NCBI GenBank assembly: GCA_041653195.1
Contig: JBAZFU010000001.1
Location: forward strand, 70,545 to 134,544
Source: an archaeon
GTDB lineage: Archaea; Iainarchaeota; Iainarchaeia; Iainarchaeales; JAAZKV01
Direction of reading: 5' to 3'
DNA length: 64,000 nucleotides
Below are positions 47,597 to 56,875 of this stretch, piece by piece. The position numbers and the translations under genes are program-made. Each line of letters starts with the position of its first letter. The first letter of the stretch is position 1. Under the pieces are notes generated by a model that did not search any database, had not been told where the DNA came from, and saw only the letters and a program-made list of their open reading frames with translations.

Positions 47597-47680
47597 GAAG
47601 ACAGCCAATAAAAGCAAAATAGAAAGAATTCTTTAATATAAAAAGGTTTTGAGAGCAACGTGCCGGTCGAAGAGCAATAG

Positions 47681-47710
47681 TTTTCGCCAGCCTTTTAGAA
47701 AAAGGCTGAA
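47681..47710 (-). repeat. Hairpin repeat copy directly after tRNA-Ala(GGC)
   Basis: Minus strand TTCAGCCTTTTTCTAAAAGGCTGGCGAAAA. Confidence 0.85.
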
Positions 47711-47782
47711 TGGACCCTGCGGGAATCGAACTCGCATCAAATCCATGCCATGGATCTAGCTTAACCATTAGCAGAAGGGCCC
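47711..47782 (-). tRNA. tRNA-Ala(GGC)
   Basis: GGGCCCT...GATCC AT GGC AT GGATT TGAT GCGAG TTCGATT CCCGC AGGGTCC A; G3:U70. Confidence 0.88.
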
Positions 47783-47874
47783 TGCCACAAAAATAGTCTG
47801 AGAAAAACTATTAAAAAGAAACCAGAGACAAAACAAAACGGAAAAATGAAACCGAACCAAATCCTTTAAATACC

Positions 47875-47900
47875 TTCATATGAAGAATAATTCATATGAA
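47875..47900. promoter_or_regulatory. Putative ArsR operator TTCATATGAA-N6-TTCATATGAA
   Basis: Two identical 10-bp palindromes between the TTTAAATA box and the ArsR start codon. Confidence 0.65.
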
Positions 47901-48216
47901 AGTTGATTCATTTGAACACACATGCGGGCTTAATTGCTTCGAAGTTCTTGGCAACAAACTCAGAGTTTCAATAATAAAATCGCTTATAAAGAAGCCGAAA
48001 ACCGTTCAGCAATTATGCAAAGAGCTGGGAAAGGAACAAAGCGCGGTGAGCCATGCACTTGCACAACTCAGAAAATGCAATTTTGTTGATTACAAAAGAA
48101 AAGGAAAAGAGAAAGAATATTTTCTGAAGAGCGGAATCTTCACCGAAAAAATGAACAAACCGCTTTTTGAAGCGATTGAGGAACACGCGAAAAAACACTG
48201 CGGAGCGAAAAAATAA
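47896..48216 (+). CDS. ArsR/SmtB-family regulator
   Basis: FEVLGNKLRVSII and QSAVSHALAQL HTH. Confidence 0.9.
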   Translation: MKVDSFEHTCGLNCFEVLGNKLRVSIIKSLIKKPKTVQQLCKELGKEQSAVSHALAQLRKCNFVDYKRKGKEKEYFLKSGIFTEKMNKPLFEAIEEHAKKHCGAKK

Positions 48217-48246
48217 AAAAAGAAAAAATAAAAAAAGTGAGTTTAA

Positions 48247-49446
48247 ATGAAAAATGGAAAAACCAAAAAAGCAAAAGAAATTTACTTGGATTACAGCGCA
48301 ACAACTCCTGTGCGCGCGGAAGTGCTGAAAGAGGCACTGCCCTATTTTTCTGAAAAATACGGAAACCCGAGCAGTTTCCATTCGCGCGGACTTGAAGCGA
48401 AAAATGCGATTGAAAGCGCAAGAAAAAGAATCGCGAAAATTCTTGGCTGCGAAGAGGATGAAATAATTTTCTGCGGAAGCGGAACCGAAAGCATAAACTT
48501 GGCAATAAAAGGAATCGCATTCAGAGAAATGACTGCGGGAAAAAGAGGGCACTTCATTACGCAAAAAACAGAACACGAAGCGGTTCTGAAAACGATGAAA
48601 TGGCTCGAGAAGATTGGATTCAAAGTCACTTATTTAGATGTTGATAATGACGGATTGATTGATTTGGGAGAATTAACGCGGAGCATAAGAGAAGACACGC
48701 TGCTGGTTTCAATAATGTACGCGAACAACGAAGTCGGAACAATACAACCAATAAAACAAATAGCAGAAATCTGCCACTCGAAAGGAGTGCCTTTCCACAC
48801 AGACGCATGCCAGGCTTCCGAATATTTGGATTTGAATGTCAAAAGGCTTGGCGCAGATATGATGACGCTAAATGGAAGCAAAGTTTACTCGTTCAAAGGA
48901 ACAGGGCTGCTTTACAAGAAAAAAGAAATTGAAATCGAAGCACTAATACACGGCGGCGGACAGGAAAGCGGAGCAAGATCGGGAACGGAAAATGTTCCGG
49001 GAATAGTGGCGATGGCGAAAGCACTGGAAATCGCGGAGCATGAGAAAAAAAAAGAGTCAAAGCGCGTTGCGGGGCTGAGAGATTATTTTATTGAAAAAGT
49101 GGAAAAGGAAATTCCGAAAGCGAAGCTGAACGGCCACAGAACGAAGCGGCTGCCGAACAACGTTAACTTCTCTTTTATAGGAGTTGAGGGAGAAGGGCTG
49201 ATACTTTACATGAACGAAGAAGGAGTAAGGTTGAGCACGGGCTCCGCCTGCAGTTCAAAATCATTAAACCCGAGCCACGTGCTAACCGCGATGGGAATAT
49301 CGCACGGAACGGCGCACGGAAGCATAAGATTCTCGCTTGGAAAAGGAACTACAAAAAAAGATTTGGATTTCACGATTAAAAAATTAAAGGAAAAAGTAAA
49401 TTTTTTAAGAAAAATTTCTCCGGCTTGGCACGGAGTGGAAGAATAA
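48247..49446 (+). CDS. iscS: Cysteine desulfurase (IscS/NifS)
   Basis: YLDYSATTP, GNPSS, HTDACQ, RSGTENV, STGSACSS. Confidence 0.95.
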   Translation: MKNGKTKKAKEIYLDYSATTPVRAEVLKEALPYFSEKYGNPSSFHSRGLEAKNAIESARKRIAKILGCEEDEIIFCGSGTESINLAIKGIAFREMTAGKRGHFITQKTEHEAVLKTMKWLEKIGFKVTYLDVDNDGLIDLGELTRSIREDTLLVSIMYANNEVGTIQPIKQIAEICHSKGVPFHTDACQASEYLDLNVKRLGADMMTLNGSKVYSFKGTGLLYKKKEIEIEALIHGGGQESGARSGTENVPGIVAMAKALEIAEHEKKKESKRVAGLRDYFIEKVEKEIPKAKLNGHRTKRLPNNVNFSFIGVEGEGLILYMNEEGVRLSTGSACSSKSLNPSHVLTAMGISHGTAHGSIRFSLGKGTTKKDLDFTIKKLKEKVNFLRKISPAWHGVEE

Positions 49447-49457
49447 GGTGATGAAAA

Positions 49458-49889
49458 ATGAAAGTTGAAGGACAAGACTGGTTCTATTCGGAAACGGTCA
49501 AAGAACATTTCATGAAACCAAAAAATTTCATAAAAGACATGAAAGAAGTCGAAGGATTCGACGGATACGGAAAAACAGGAAACATGAAATGCGGCGACGT
49601 AATGGAAATGTGGATAAAAATTTCAAACGGAAAAATAAAAGGATGCAAGTGGAGAACATTCGGCTGCGCGAGTGCTATTGCGGCGACTTCAATGCTTTCA
49701 GTAATGGTAACGGAAAAAGGCGGAATGAAAATCGAAGATGCTTTGAAGATAACAGGAAACGACATAATGAAAAGGCTCGGGGGCTTGCCTGCAGTAAAAA
49801 TACACTGCTCGGTTTTGGGCGACCAGGCGCTAAGAGAAGCCGTGAAAGACTACGAGCAAAAGAATAAAAACAAAAAGAAGCTTAATTAA
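49458..49889 (+). CDS. iscU: Fe-S scaffold IscU/NifU
   Basis: CGDVM, FGCASAIA, KIHCSVL. Confidence 0.95.
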   Translation: MKVEGQDWFYSETVKEHFMKPKNFIKDMKEVEGFDGYGKTGNMKCGDVMEMWIKISNGKIKGCKWRTFGCASAIAATSMLSVMVTEKGGMKIEDALKITGNDIMKRLGGLPAVKIHCSVLGDQALREAVKDYEQKNKNKKKLN

Positions 49890-49897
49890 ACGGAAAC

Positions 49898-50248
49898 GTG
49901 AAAACTATGGAACTCACACAATACATAATAGTAAACAACGGCCTGAAGATGCAAAAAGGAAAGATTGCAGCGCAATCGGCCCACGCATCGGTGCAAGTAC
50001 TCGAAAAAGTTGATTCGGAAATAATTGAAGAATGGAAAGCCGGCGGAATGAAAAAAATTGTTTTAAAAGTAAAAGACGAAACAGAACTGCTTGAATTATT
50101 TGAAAGAGCAAAAAGAGAATTGCCGTGCGCACTCATAAGGGACGCGGGACATACGCAGGTCGCGCCTGGCTCGAAAACATGCTTCGCGTGCGGACCCGTT
50201 GACGAATCGAAGGCCGCGAAATATTTCAAGCAACTGAAACTGCTTTAA
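49898..50248 (+). CDS. pth2: Peptidyl-tRNA hydrolase Pth2
   Basis: GKIAAQSAHA, KKIVLK, DAGHTQVAPGSKT. Confidence 0.95.
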   Translation: MKTMELTQYIIVNNGLKMQKGKIAAQSAHASVQVLEKVDSEIIEEWKAGGMKKIVLKVKDETELLELFERAKRELPCALIRDAGHTQVAPGSKTCFACGPVDESKAAKYFKQLKLL

Positions 50249-50272
50249 AAAAATAGCTGCATTAATTACTAT

Positions 50273-51043
50273 ATGAAAAAAAGCTTTACACAGCAAATAG
50301 ACATCCTCATACAGGAAAGCGACATACTACTCGAAATACTTGACTCAAGATTTCCGGACAAAACACGAAACGAAAAACTCGAAAAAAAAATACTCGGAAA
50401 AAGAAAAAAACTAATCGTCGTTCTGAATAAAGCGGACTTGCGGACAAAGGAAGAGCTCGAGGAAACAAAGCGACAGGTTTCATCGCAAATCAAAGCGCGA
50501 ATAGTTTTCATTTCGGCAAAAGACCGCGACGGAATAAACCTGCTAAAAAGAGAAATTGCGATTGCAAAAGGAAGCAACAAAACAGCAGTCATCGGACTAC
50601 TTGGCTACCCGAACTCGGGAAAAAGCACGCTAATAAACGCACTCGCTGGAGCCGGGAGGGCAAGGGTTCGCGTATCAAGAAAAGCCGGATTCACGCGCGG
50701 CTTGCAAAGAATAAAGGTTGAGGAAGGAATTTATTTGATAGATGCACCCGGAATAATTCCTATCGACAAGAAAGACGAATTTGATTTATTTTTGGTGAGT
50801 GCGAGAAACCCTAATCAGTTGAAGGATGTGGAAACAATCGCGATAAAAATGATTCAATTTCTCGGAAAGAAAAAACTATCGGAAAAATTCGGAATAAGCG
50901 AAAGCGAACTCGAAAAACTTGACGAAGAAGAAACACTCGAAGCGATTGCAATAAAAAAAAGCTGGCTCGCAACAGGCGGAAAAGGAAACGTTGAACGAGC
51001 GGCGAGAGAACTGCTCGAAATGTTCCAAAGGAATGAGATTTGA
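50273..51043 (+). CDS. Circularly permuted GTPase (RbgA/YlqF-like)
   Basis: NKAD precedes GYPNSGKS, GFTRG and DAPG. Confidence 0.92.
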   Translation: MKKSFTQQIDILIQESDILLEILDSRFPDKTRNEKLEKKILGKRKKLIVVLNKADLRTKEELEETKRQVSSQIKARIVFISAKDRDGINLLKREIAIAKGSNKTAVIGLLGYPNSGKSTLINALAGAGRARVRVSRKAGFTRGLQRIKVEEGIYLIDAPGIIPIDKKDEFDLFLVSARNPNQLKDVETIAIKMIQFLGKKKLSEKFGISESELEKLDEEETLEAIAIKKSWLATGGKGNVERAARELLEMFQRNEI

Positions 51044-51062
51044 AAAAACAGTTAAAAAAAAT

Positions 51063-52157
51063 TTAAACAAACCCGAATAAAACAACTATTCCAAGTGCGA
51101 GCATAACCAATCCTGCAACAAGGTGCAACTTCCTCAAATTATTCTCTTTCCACTTTGAAGCCGAATCCACATTCGCGAATCCGAAATAAAGAAGCAAAGT
51201 AATTGCAATCAACGGCAAAACAAAAAACATGTTATAAAGCAACAAAATCGGTATTGCCGAAAGGAAAGTTGCGCGCTCCGCGAGCAATCCCAAAATAAAA
51301 ATATAAGGCCCGCCGGTGCAAGGCAATTCAAAAAGGCAAACCGCGAAACCCATAACGAAGGCACCGAACGGAGAAGTTACTGTGCCAAGCATTTTCTTCA
51401 AAGTCGGACGCCAACTCCGCGGAATTTCCATAACAAACCCTCCGCCCCCATACCAAAAATAATCCTTAATATTCGCCAAGCCGACTAAAATCGCCAACGC
51501 CCCGACAAGTTTGTAAAACAAATAAGAAACTCCTGAAATTTGAATTGCGGAAAATAATCCAAGCCCGAACAAAAAATAAGAAATATAAATTGAAATTGTG
51601 AATGCGATTCCGGCTTTTAACGCCCTCTTTTTCCCGCCCGAAGCAACCAAGGCACCAAACAAAATCAAAAGAACTGCAATCGCACAAGGATTAATCGAAT
51701 CAACTATTGCGGCACCGATAATTGTCATGAGCGAGAGTGTTCCGATATCATTAGAAGAGCCCCCTGCATGCGAAGCAATAATACTCTCAATATTCGGGCA
51801 CGAAGTGTTTTTGTCCGAAAGCAGGCGCGACTCAAAATCATTCATTATTTTAGAATCGCCGACAAAGTAATCATTTCCGAAAAAAACTACCGGGACGCCG
51901 CGTTCATTTGAGGGCACGCCAAAAGCGTCAAAATAATCGTTAAACAAAGAAGCATTGCTTTTATTGCCGTAAATTTCGAATTTCTCAACTCTCAGCCAAG
52001 AATACTTCGATTCAAGAGAGGAAAGAAAGGGTTCTACTTTTGCGCAATGCACACAACCGTTTCCGTAAAAAAAATAAGCGCACGCCGAATCTGCAAAAGA
52101 ATAAGAAACTAAAAAAATAAGAAAAATTGCAAAAACAAAATTTCTTTCGAAGCGCAA
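51063..52157 (-). CDS. Thioredoxin-like CxxC domain fused to a CcdA/DsbD-like membrane domain
   Basis: GCVHC, GVP, DSINPCAI, ELPCTGGPY. Confidence 0.85.
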   Translation of the reverse strand: MRFERNFVFAIFLIFLVSYSFADSACAYFFYGNGCVHCAKVEPFLSSLESKYSWLRVEKFEIYGNKSNASLFNDYFDAFGVPSNERGVPVVFFGNDYFVGDSKIMNDFESRLLSDKNTSCPNIESIIASHAGGSSNDIGTLSLMTIIGAAIVDSINPCAIAVLLILFGALVASGGKKRALKAGIAFTISIYISYFLFGLGLFSAIQISGVSYLFYKLVGALAILVGLANIKDYFWYGGGGFVMEIPRSWRPTLKKMLGTVTSPFGAFVMGFAVCLFELPCTGGPYIFILGLLAERATFLSAIPILLLYNMFFVLPLIAITLLLYFGFANVDSASKWKENNLRKLHLVAGLVMLALGIVVLFGFV

Positions 52158-52172
52158 AAAAACACCTTAAAA

Positions 52173-52472
52173 CTATTTCCTATGAAACTTGAAGCTCCCG
52201 CCCTCAATCCTTATCGCTTTTCCGTTAACAATTGCATCGGCAATTTTTTTTCTCGCCGAAATAACGAGACGATGAAAAGTCGGCTGGGAAATGCCCATTT
52301 TTTTCGCCGCTTCGCCCTGCTCGAATTCCAAAAGATCTTTTAGGCGCACCGCCTCAAATTCCTCAACAAAAAGAACAACCTCTTCGAGTTCCGTAAGCCT
52401 AATGCCCGCCGGCTTGAAGTAATCAACAGTCGGCTCGAAGCCGACGCGCCTGCAAATCCTAGGTCTTGGCAT
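52173..52472 (-). CDS. DUF134-family HTH protein
   Basis: MPRPRICRRV, YFKPAG, EEFEAVRLKD, MGISQPTFHR. Confidence 0.92.
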   Translation of the reverse strand: MPRPRICRRVGFEPTVDYFKPAGIRLTELEEVVLFVEEFEAVRLKDLLEFEQGEAAKKMGISQPTFHRLVISARKKIADAIVNGKAIRIEGGSFKFHRK

Positions 52473-52544
52473 AAAAAAGCACTAACGAATAATTATTCAC
52501 AACCATATTTAAATATTATTTGAAAGGGCTGCGAGCCCTTCCAA

Positions 52545-52787
52545 TTATTTCAATTCTTTTAATTTTTTCTTGATGGCTTCCTTTTCGGCTTCGAGTTCTT
52601 TCAAATTCGATTCAAGAATTTTTTTCTCATCAATTTCAGTTAAGGCATCGCTTTCCGCAAACCTGTAACCTAAGCCTCTTCCGAAGCCCCTGCCGAAACC
52701 GCGTTTAAATCCGCAGCCGCACGGGCCCAAGCCCCTTCCAGTCATCGGACCAAATCCATTTGGTCCTTTTCCATTGTATCCTGGCAT
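52545..52787 (-). CDS. DUF5320-family protein
   Basis: MPGYNGKGPNGFGPMTGRGLGPC, GRG repeats and a C-terminal coiled coil. Confidence 0.88.
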   Translation of the reverse strand: MPGYNGKGPNGFGPMTGRGLGPCGCGFKRGFGRGFGRGLGYRFAESDALTEIDEKKILESNLKELEAEKEAIKKKLKELK

Positions 52788-52842
52788 AAAATATCACCTC
52801 TTTATTTATTTTTTTATTAACTTCAATGTTTTTGAAATCTAA

Positions 52843-52935
52843 TTATTTTTTTCTTTTTGGCTTCGGGCAGTTTCCCAACCCTCTGCCCGTTCTTTTGCCC
52901 TTTCCTCTCGGGCCTGTTCCGTCTCTATTTGGCAT
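52843..52935 (-). CDS. 30-aa DUF5320-like microprotein
   Basis: Below the track cutoff: MPNRDGTGPRGKGKRTGRGLGNCPKPKRKK, with GGAGG SD. Confidence 0.8.
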   Translation of the reverse strand: MPNRDGTGPRGKGKRTGRGLGNCPKPKRKK

Positions 52936-53062
52936 AAAATTACCTCCCTTAAACTATTCTTGTTCTGAATTCTTATTCAAAACATAATGAATACTTATTC
53001 ATAACCTTTTAAAAAGGTTCCGCCGAACGAAAAAATCCGCGAAAATACTGAAAACAAAGGAG

Positions 53063-53179
53063 TTAAAGCTGAGAAACATTCTCAATAATCTTCTTCAACA
53101 AAACTTTCTTCTTAATCGATTTTTCCTTAGAAAGACGCATTTTCAGCTCGTCCAAAATATCGTCGTTTGAAAGCTTCAT
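53063..53179 (-). CDS. Small hypothetical protein (38 aa)
   Basis: MKLSNDDILDELKMRLSKEK..., GAGG SD-like sequence upstream. Confidence 0.45.
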   Translation of the reverse strand: MKLSNDDILDELKMRLSKEKSIKKKVLLKKIIENVSQL

Positions 53180-53285
53180 AAAAACCAATTCCTCAAAAAT
53201 CAACCGTTTAAAACCAAGCTCTGTTAGAAAAAATTTGGAATGAATTGTTTTTAAAGAAATACTACAAACAAAACTTAACAAACTT

Positions 53286-53666
53286 TCAACAAATATTTCT
53301 GACTTCGCATTTGCCATCATTGCATTCTGGAACCATTTTACACAAAAAATTATTGAGCTGTGACGCACATTCAACCTGACTTAGCCATTGCCTGGATTTG
53401 ATAAAATTTTCTATCTTTGGCGCCTCAGCCCTATTAACGTAATTTAAAACACAACAATCTGGAACCGACACGACATTTAGCCTAACACAATCATCGTTCG
53501 TATCGCAATAATTTGCTTTTTCAATTTTACCGCACATCTCAATCATTGCCAAATCTTCCATATTCATTAACAATCTTTCCAAAAATTTTAAATTCACTGC
53601 CAACATTAATGCAATTACAAAAATAACAATTATTACGAGAACAAATATTTTGCGCATAACCCTCAA
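53286..53666 (-). CDS. Membrane-anchored Cys-rich protein
   Basis: N-terminal TM helix; CDTNDDC...CC...C...ECNDGKC pattern. Confidence 0.7.
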   Translation of the reverse strand: MRVMRKIFVLVIIVIFVIALMLAVNLKFLERLLMNMEDLAMIEMCGKIEKANYCDTNDDCVRLNVVSVPDCCVLNYVNRAEAPKIENFIKSRQWLSQVECASQLNNFLCKMVPECNDGKCEVRNIC

Positions 53667-54079
53667 CCCTTAACAAGCTTCAACTGCGACTGCGAACCCA
53701 AAATTACGCCCAAATCAACACCTTTAAGTTTCGCTTCGTGCAAAGAAATCATGTAATTTTTACCTGCTTTGTGAAAAGCATCGGCGCGGACAAAAAGCCA
53801 GCCGGCATTAGGAACCTTCCATGCGATAAAAAACTCGGCGCCCGCGGTTTCAGCCCAGCCAACTTCCTCAGCCATATTGATGTGAGGGATTGCAAGGTGA
53901 TTACCTTTCCAGGCTTTGCATTCAAAGGCGATAATGCGCCCCTTTTTGAGAGCAATAACATCCGGGCACGGAAGAGGATTTACTCCCGAGCCTGCGACAC
54001 GCGTAACGGCGAAGCCCGCGCGAAAAAGCTCTTTAATGAGCTCTCTTTCGGCATTTGCACCCTTATTGTAGTGAGTCAT
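53663..54079 (-). CDS. hjc: Holliday junction resolvase Hjc
   Basis: YNKGANAEREL, RVAGSG, PDVIA, FECK. Confidence 0.93.
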   Translation of the reverse strand: MTHYNKGANAERELIKELFRAGFAVTRVAGSGVNPLPCPDVIALKKGRIIAFECKAWKGNHLAIPHINMAEEVGWAETAGAEFFIAWKVPNAGWLFVRADAFHKAGKNYMISLHEAKLKGVDLGVILGSQSQLKLVKG

Positions 54080-54147
54080 TCGAAATCGCTCCAAACGGAT
54101 AAATTTATATACACTTTACTGGGAAGGTTTTTTATACATAGGCAGAA

Positions 54148-54420
54148 TTGTTTGTGTTTAAAGTGGAAACAATAATAAGTTTGAGAGTCTCGGCAGGCAG
54201 AAGAAAATTCTCCATGCACTGGGACGATGAAAAAAAAGTTTTGTTTATCGAAACTAAAGAAAAGGCTTTGAAAGGAAAAGCCAATATTGAAATTTTGAAA
54301 GAAACGAAAAAATTCTTCAAAACTGAAACAAGGATTGTTTCCGGCGAAAAAAACAAAAACAAAATAATAAAAGTAATGACCTCGAAAGAAGAGGTTATGA
54401 AAAAACTTATTCCAAACTAA
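54148..54420 (+). CDS. DUF167 (YggU-like) protein
   Basis: KGKANIEI and IVSGEKNKNK motifs. Confidence 0.75.
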   Translation: MFVFKVETIISLRVSAGRRKFSMHWDDEKKVLFIETKEKALKGKANIEILKETKKFFKTETRIVSGEKNKNKIIKVMTSKEEVMKKLIPN

Positions 54421-54560
54421 TTCTGCAAATGCAAAAAACTGTGGCGCAAAATGAGTTAATTCAGAATAGCGCTACAAGTTCCAAAAATAAAAAGAATGCA
54501 AAAAAAATTGCAATACAAAAATAAGAGCGAAAAATATTCGCAAAAAGGAGATGATTAGCA

Positions 54561-55994
54561 ATGGCAAAAACATATTTAGGAACAGTAAAATACGAAATAC
54601 AAGCAAGCTACGAAGTTGAGGGAGTAGTTGAAAAACCCGACATAGTCGGAGCAATATTCGGACAATCTGAGGGCTTACTCGGAGAAGACATGGACCTCAA
54701 AGAATTACAGCAAAACGGAAAAATCGGAAGAATAGAAATCACTGTAAAAAAAGGAAAGGGAACAACCGAAGGAGAAATAATAATTCCGAGCTCGCTTGAC
54801 AGAGTAAAAACAAGTATACTCGCCGCGGCCATGGAAACCGTTGAAAAGGTTGGACCGTGCGGAGCAAAAGTGAAGGTGAACAAAATAACCGACACGAGAA
54901 AAGAAAAACGAGAACAAATAACCGACAGGGCACAGCAATTGCTCAAACAAATGATGAAATTTGAGGGCGCGGAAAGCGGCGAGCTGGCGGAAACAATCAA
55001 AGCAGGAGTGAGAACCGAAAAAATTGTGAACATAGACGGAATGGCTGCGGGCCCGGATGTCGAGGAAAGCGATTCAATAATAGTTGTTGAAGGAAGAGCA
55101 GATGTTCTAAAACTTTTGAGCTACGGAATAAAGACCGCGATTGAAATGAACGGAAGCAATATTTCAAAAGCACTCATCGAACTGTGCAAATCAAAGAATG
55201 TAACAGTTCTAACCGACGGAGATAGGGGCGGAGAACTCAACGCAAAAAAACTTGCGCAACTAACAAAAGTTGATTTCATTGCAAGCGCGCCAGACGGAAA
55301 AGAAGTTGAGGAACTAACGCAAAAAGAAATTTTGCAGGCATTGAAAAAAAGAAGACCCGCTTCAGAAACACCCGGAAGAGAGTTCGTTCCACGCAGAGAA
55401 GAAAGACACGAAAATTATTCTAGACCATACGAACAAAGGTATCCGCAGCGAAGCGGATATGGAGAAAGAAATCCGCAGGGCTACCATGACCGAAGAGATA
55501 ACGCGCCTCGCTATGATGATCGAAGAAACAGCTATGACAGGCCATTTCGTTCGGACAGATTTGGAGAAAACAGAAACGGGCCAAGGCAGTTTGATAACCG
55601 CGACCGAAGACCAAGATTTGATGACAGAGGAGAAAGACCTCAATTCAACGACAGATTCAGAAACAATTACTACGAACAAAGAGAAGCGCCAAGATACGAA
55701 GTAAGAGAAGAAATTCCTGCGGAAATACTGGCACTCAAAAAAGATCTTGAATCTCTAAAGGGAAAAGTAAAGGCAAGGTTCCTTGACGAAAAGAAAAAGA
55801 AAATAAAAGACGTTGCAGTAAAGGAAATGCTTGAAACGCTAAAAAAAAGCAAGAAAAAGGTCGACACAGTAATATTCGACGGAATAATCACTCAAAGAGT
55901 AATTGATGCTGCAGAAGAAAAAGGCGTCAAAAATGTTGTGGGCGTAAAAAAAGCCGGCATAACTTTGAAAACTGCGAAAGCATACTCACTGTAA
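54561..55994 (+). CDS. dnaG: Archaeal DnaG primase-like protein
   Basis: GVVEKPDIVGAIFGQSEGLLG, IVVEGRADV, DGDRGG, FDGIITQR. Confidence 0.95.
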   Translation: MAKTYLGTVKYEIQASYEVEGVVEKPDIVGAIFGQSEGLLGEDMDLKELQQNGKIGRIEITVKKGKGTTEGEIIIPSSLDRVKTSILAAAMETVEKVGPCGAKVKVNKITDTRKEKREQITDRAQQLLKQMMKFEGAESGELAETIKAGVRTEKIVNIDGMAAGPDVEESDSIIVVEGRADVLKLLSYGIKTAIEMNGSNISKALIELCKSKNVTVLTDGDRGGELNAKKLAQLTKVDFIASAPDGKEVEELTQKEILQALKKRRPASETPGREFVPRREERHENYSRPYEQRYPQRSGYGERNPQGYHDRRDNAPRYDDRRNSYDRPFRSDRFGENRNGPRQFDNRDRRPRFDDRGERPQFNDRFRNNYYEQREAPRYEVREEIPAEILALKKDLESLKGKVKARFLDEKKKKIKDVAVKEMLETLKKSKKKVDTVIFDGIITQRVIDAAEEKGVKNVVGVKKAGITLKTAKAYSL

Positions 55995-56071
55995 AAGCGT
56001 TAGCTAACGCGAGTTAAAAAAAAATAGAAAATTGGAAAGGAAAGCTCATTTGCTTTCCCTTTCAAAAAAAA

Positions 56072-56539
56072 TTATTTTCGCCTTCTTTTAGCAAAGCTCG
56101 ATTCCAAAGTAACTTGTTCTATAGGAATCACTATTGAAGGATTAGCCCACGCAAACAAGCCGATCAAAAGCGCGATAGCCCATACAAAAAACTGGCTAAT
56201 CGGGCCTATGAGAGCCGTCCAAAACTGCCTCTGAGTAAGCGGAGAATAATCTCCCTGCACCTGCGCACCAGTCATCTGGAAAAGAGTATTCCTGCAATCC
56301 TGATACCTCAGTTCAGCAGAAATATAATCAGGATTTCCAAGCATTTGCAAATCCCTGACACCCGAAGACTCTACACAAGTATTAAAATTTTTGAGAGAAT
56401 TCCACGAATCGAACATTACTGCTCCACCCCTGATAAGCATCAGGACTGAAAGCACGATTAGGAAAGCCCCCAAAAGTCTCGGCAGCTGAGCATCCTTAGA
56501 GCCAATACGCAAAAAAACCATTTGTCTCAAAAGAATCAC
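56072..56539 (-). CDS. 2-TM membrane protein
   Basis: Two hydrophobic segments flanking a Cys-pair loop. Confidence 0.7.
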   Translation of the reverse strand: MILLRQMVFLRIGSKDAQLPRLLGAFLIVLSVLMLIRGGAVMFDSWNSLKNFNTCVESSGVRDLQMLGNPDYISAELRYQDCRNTLFQMTGAQVQGDYSPLTQRQFWTALIGPISQFFVWAIALLIGLFAWANPSIVIPIEQVTLESSFAKRRRK

Positions 56540-56658
56540 CTAAACCTAATAAGAAAACCTACTATTTAAACCTTCGTTTCGACAAAAAACTCGCCCCTGC
56601 AAAATGCGGAGACGCATATCAAGGTTTAAAAAAACAGCGCAACAGTTTCTCTTTTGTG

Positions 56659-56733
56659 TGCAGAAATCCCAAAAGGGAGCTGCATCGAGCAGTAGCGAAG
56701 ATGCTGCCCGCATGCCAACTGGGCGTGACAGTT
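56659..56733 (+). ncRNA. Structured leader or small RNA upstream of tRNA-Val
   Basis: Three consecutive GC-rich hairpins between a TTTAAA box and the tRNA. Confidence 0.5.
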
Positions 56734-56805
56734 GGGCCGGTGGTCTAGCGGTATGACATCACCCTTACAAGGTGAGAGTCGTCGGTTCGAATCCGACTCG
56801 GCCCA
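56734..56805 (+). tRNA. tRNA-Val(TAC)
   Basis: GGGCCGG...TCACC CT TAC AA GGTGA GAGTC GTCGG TTCGAAT CCGAC TCGGCCC A. Confidence 0.96.
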
Positions 56806-56875
56806 TTAATTTTTTTAATTTTTTCAAAATGAGAGCGTTTTTATATATCATTAATACAATCTATTTGTCTTCAAA

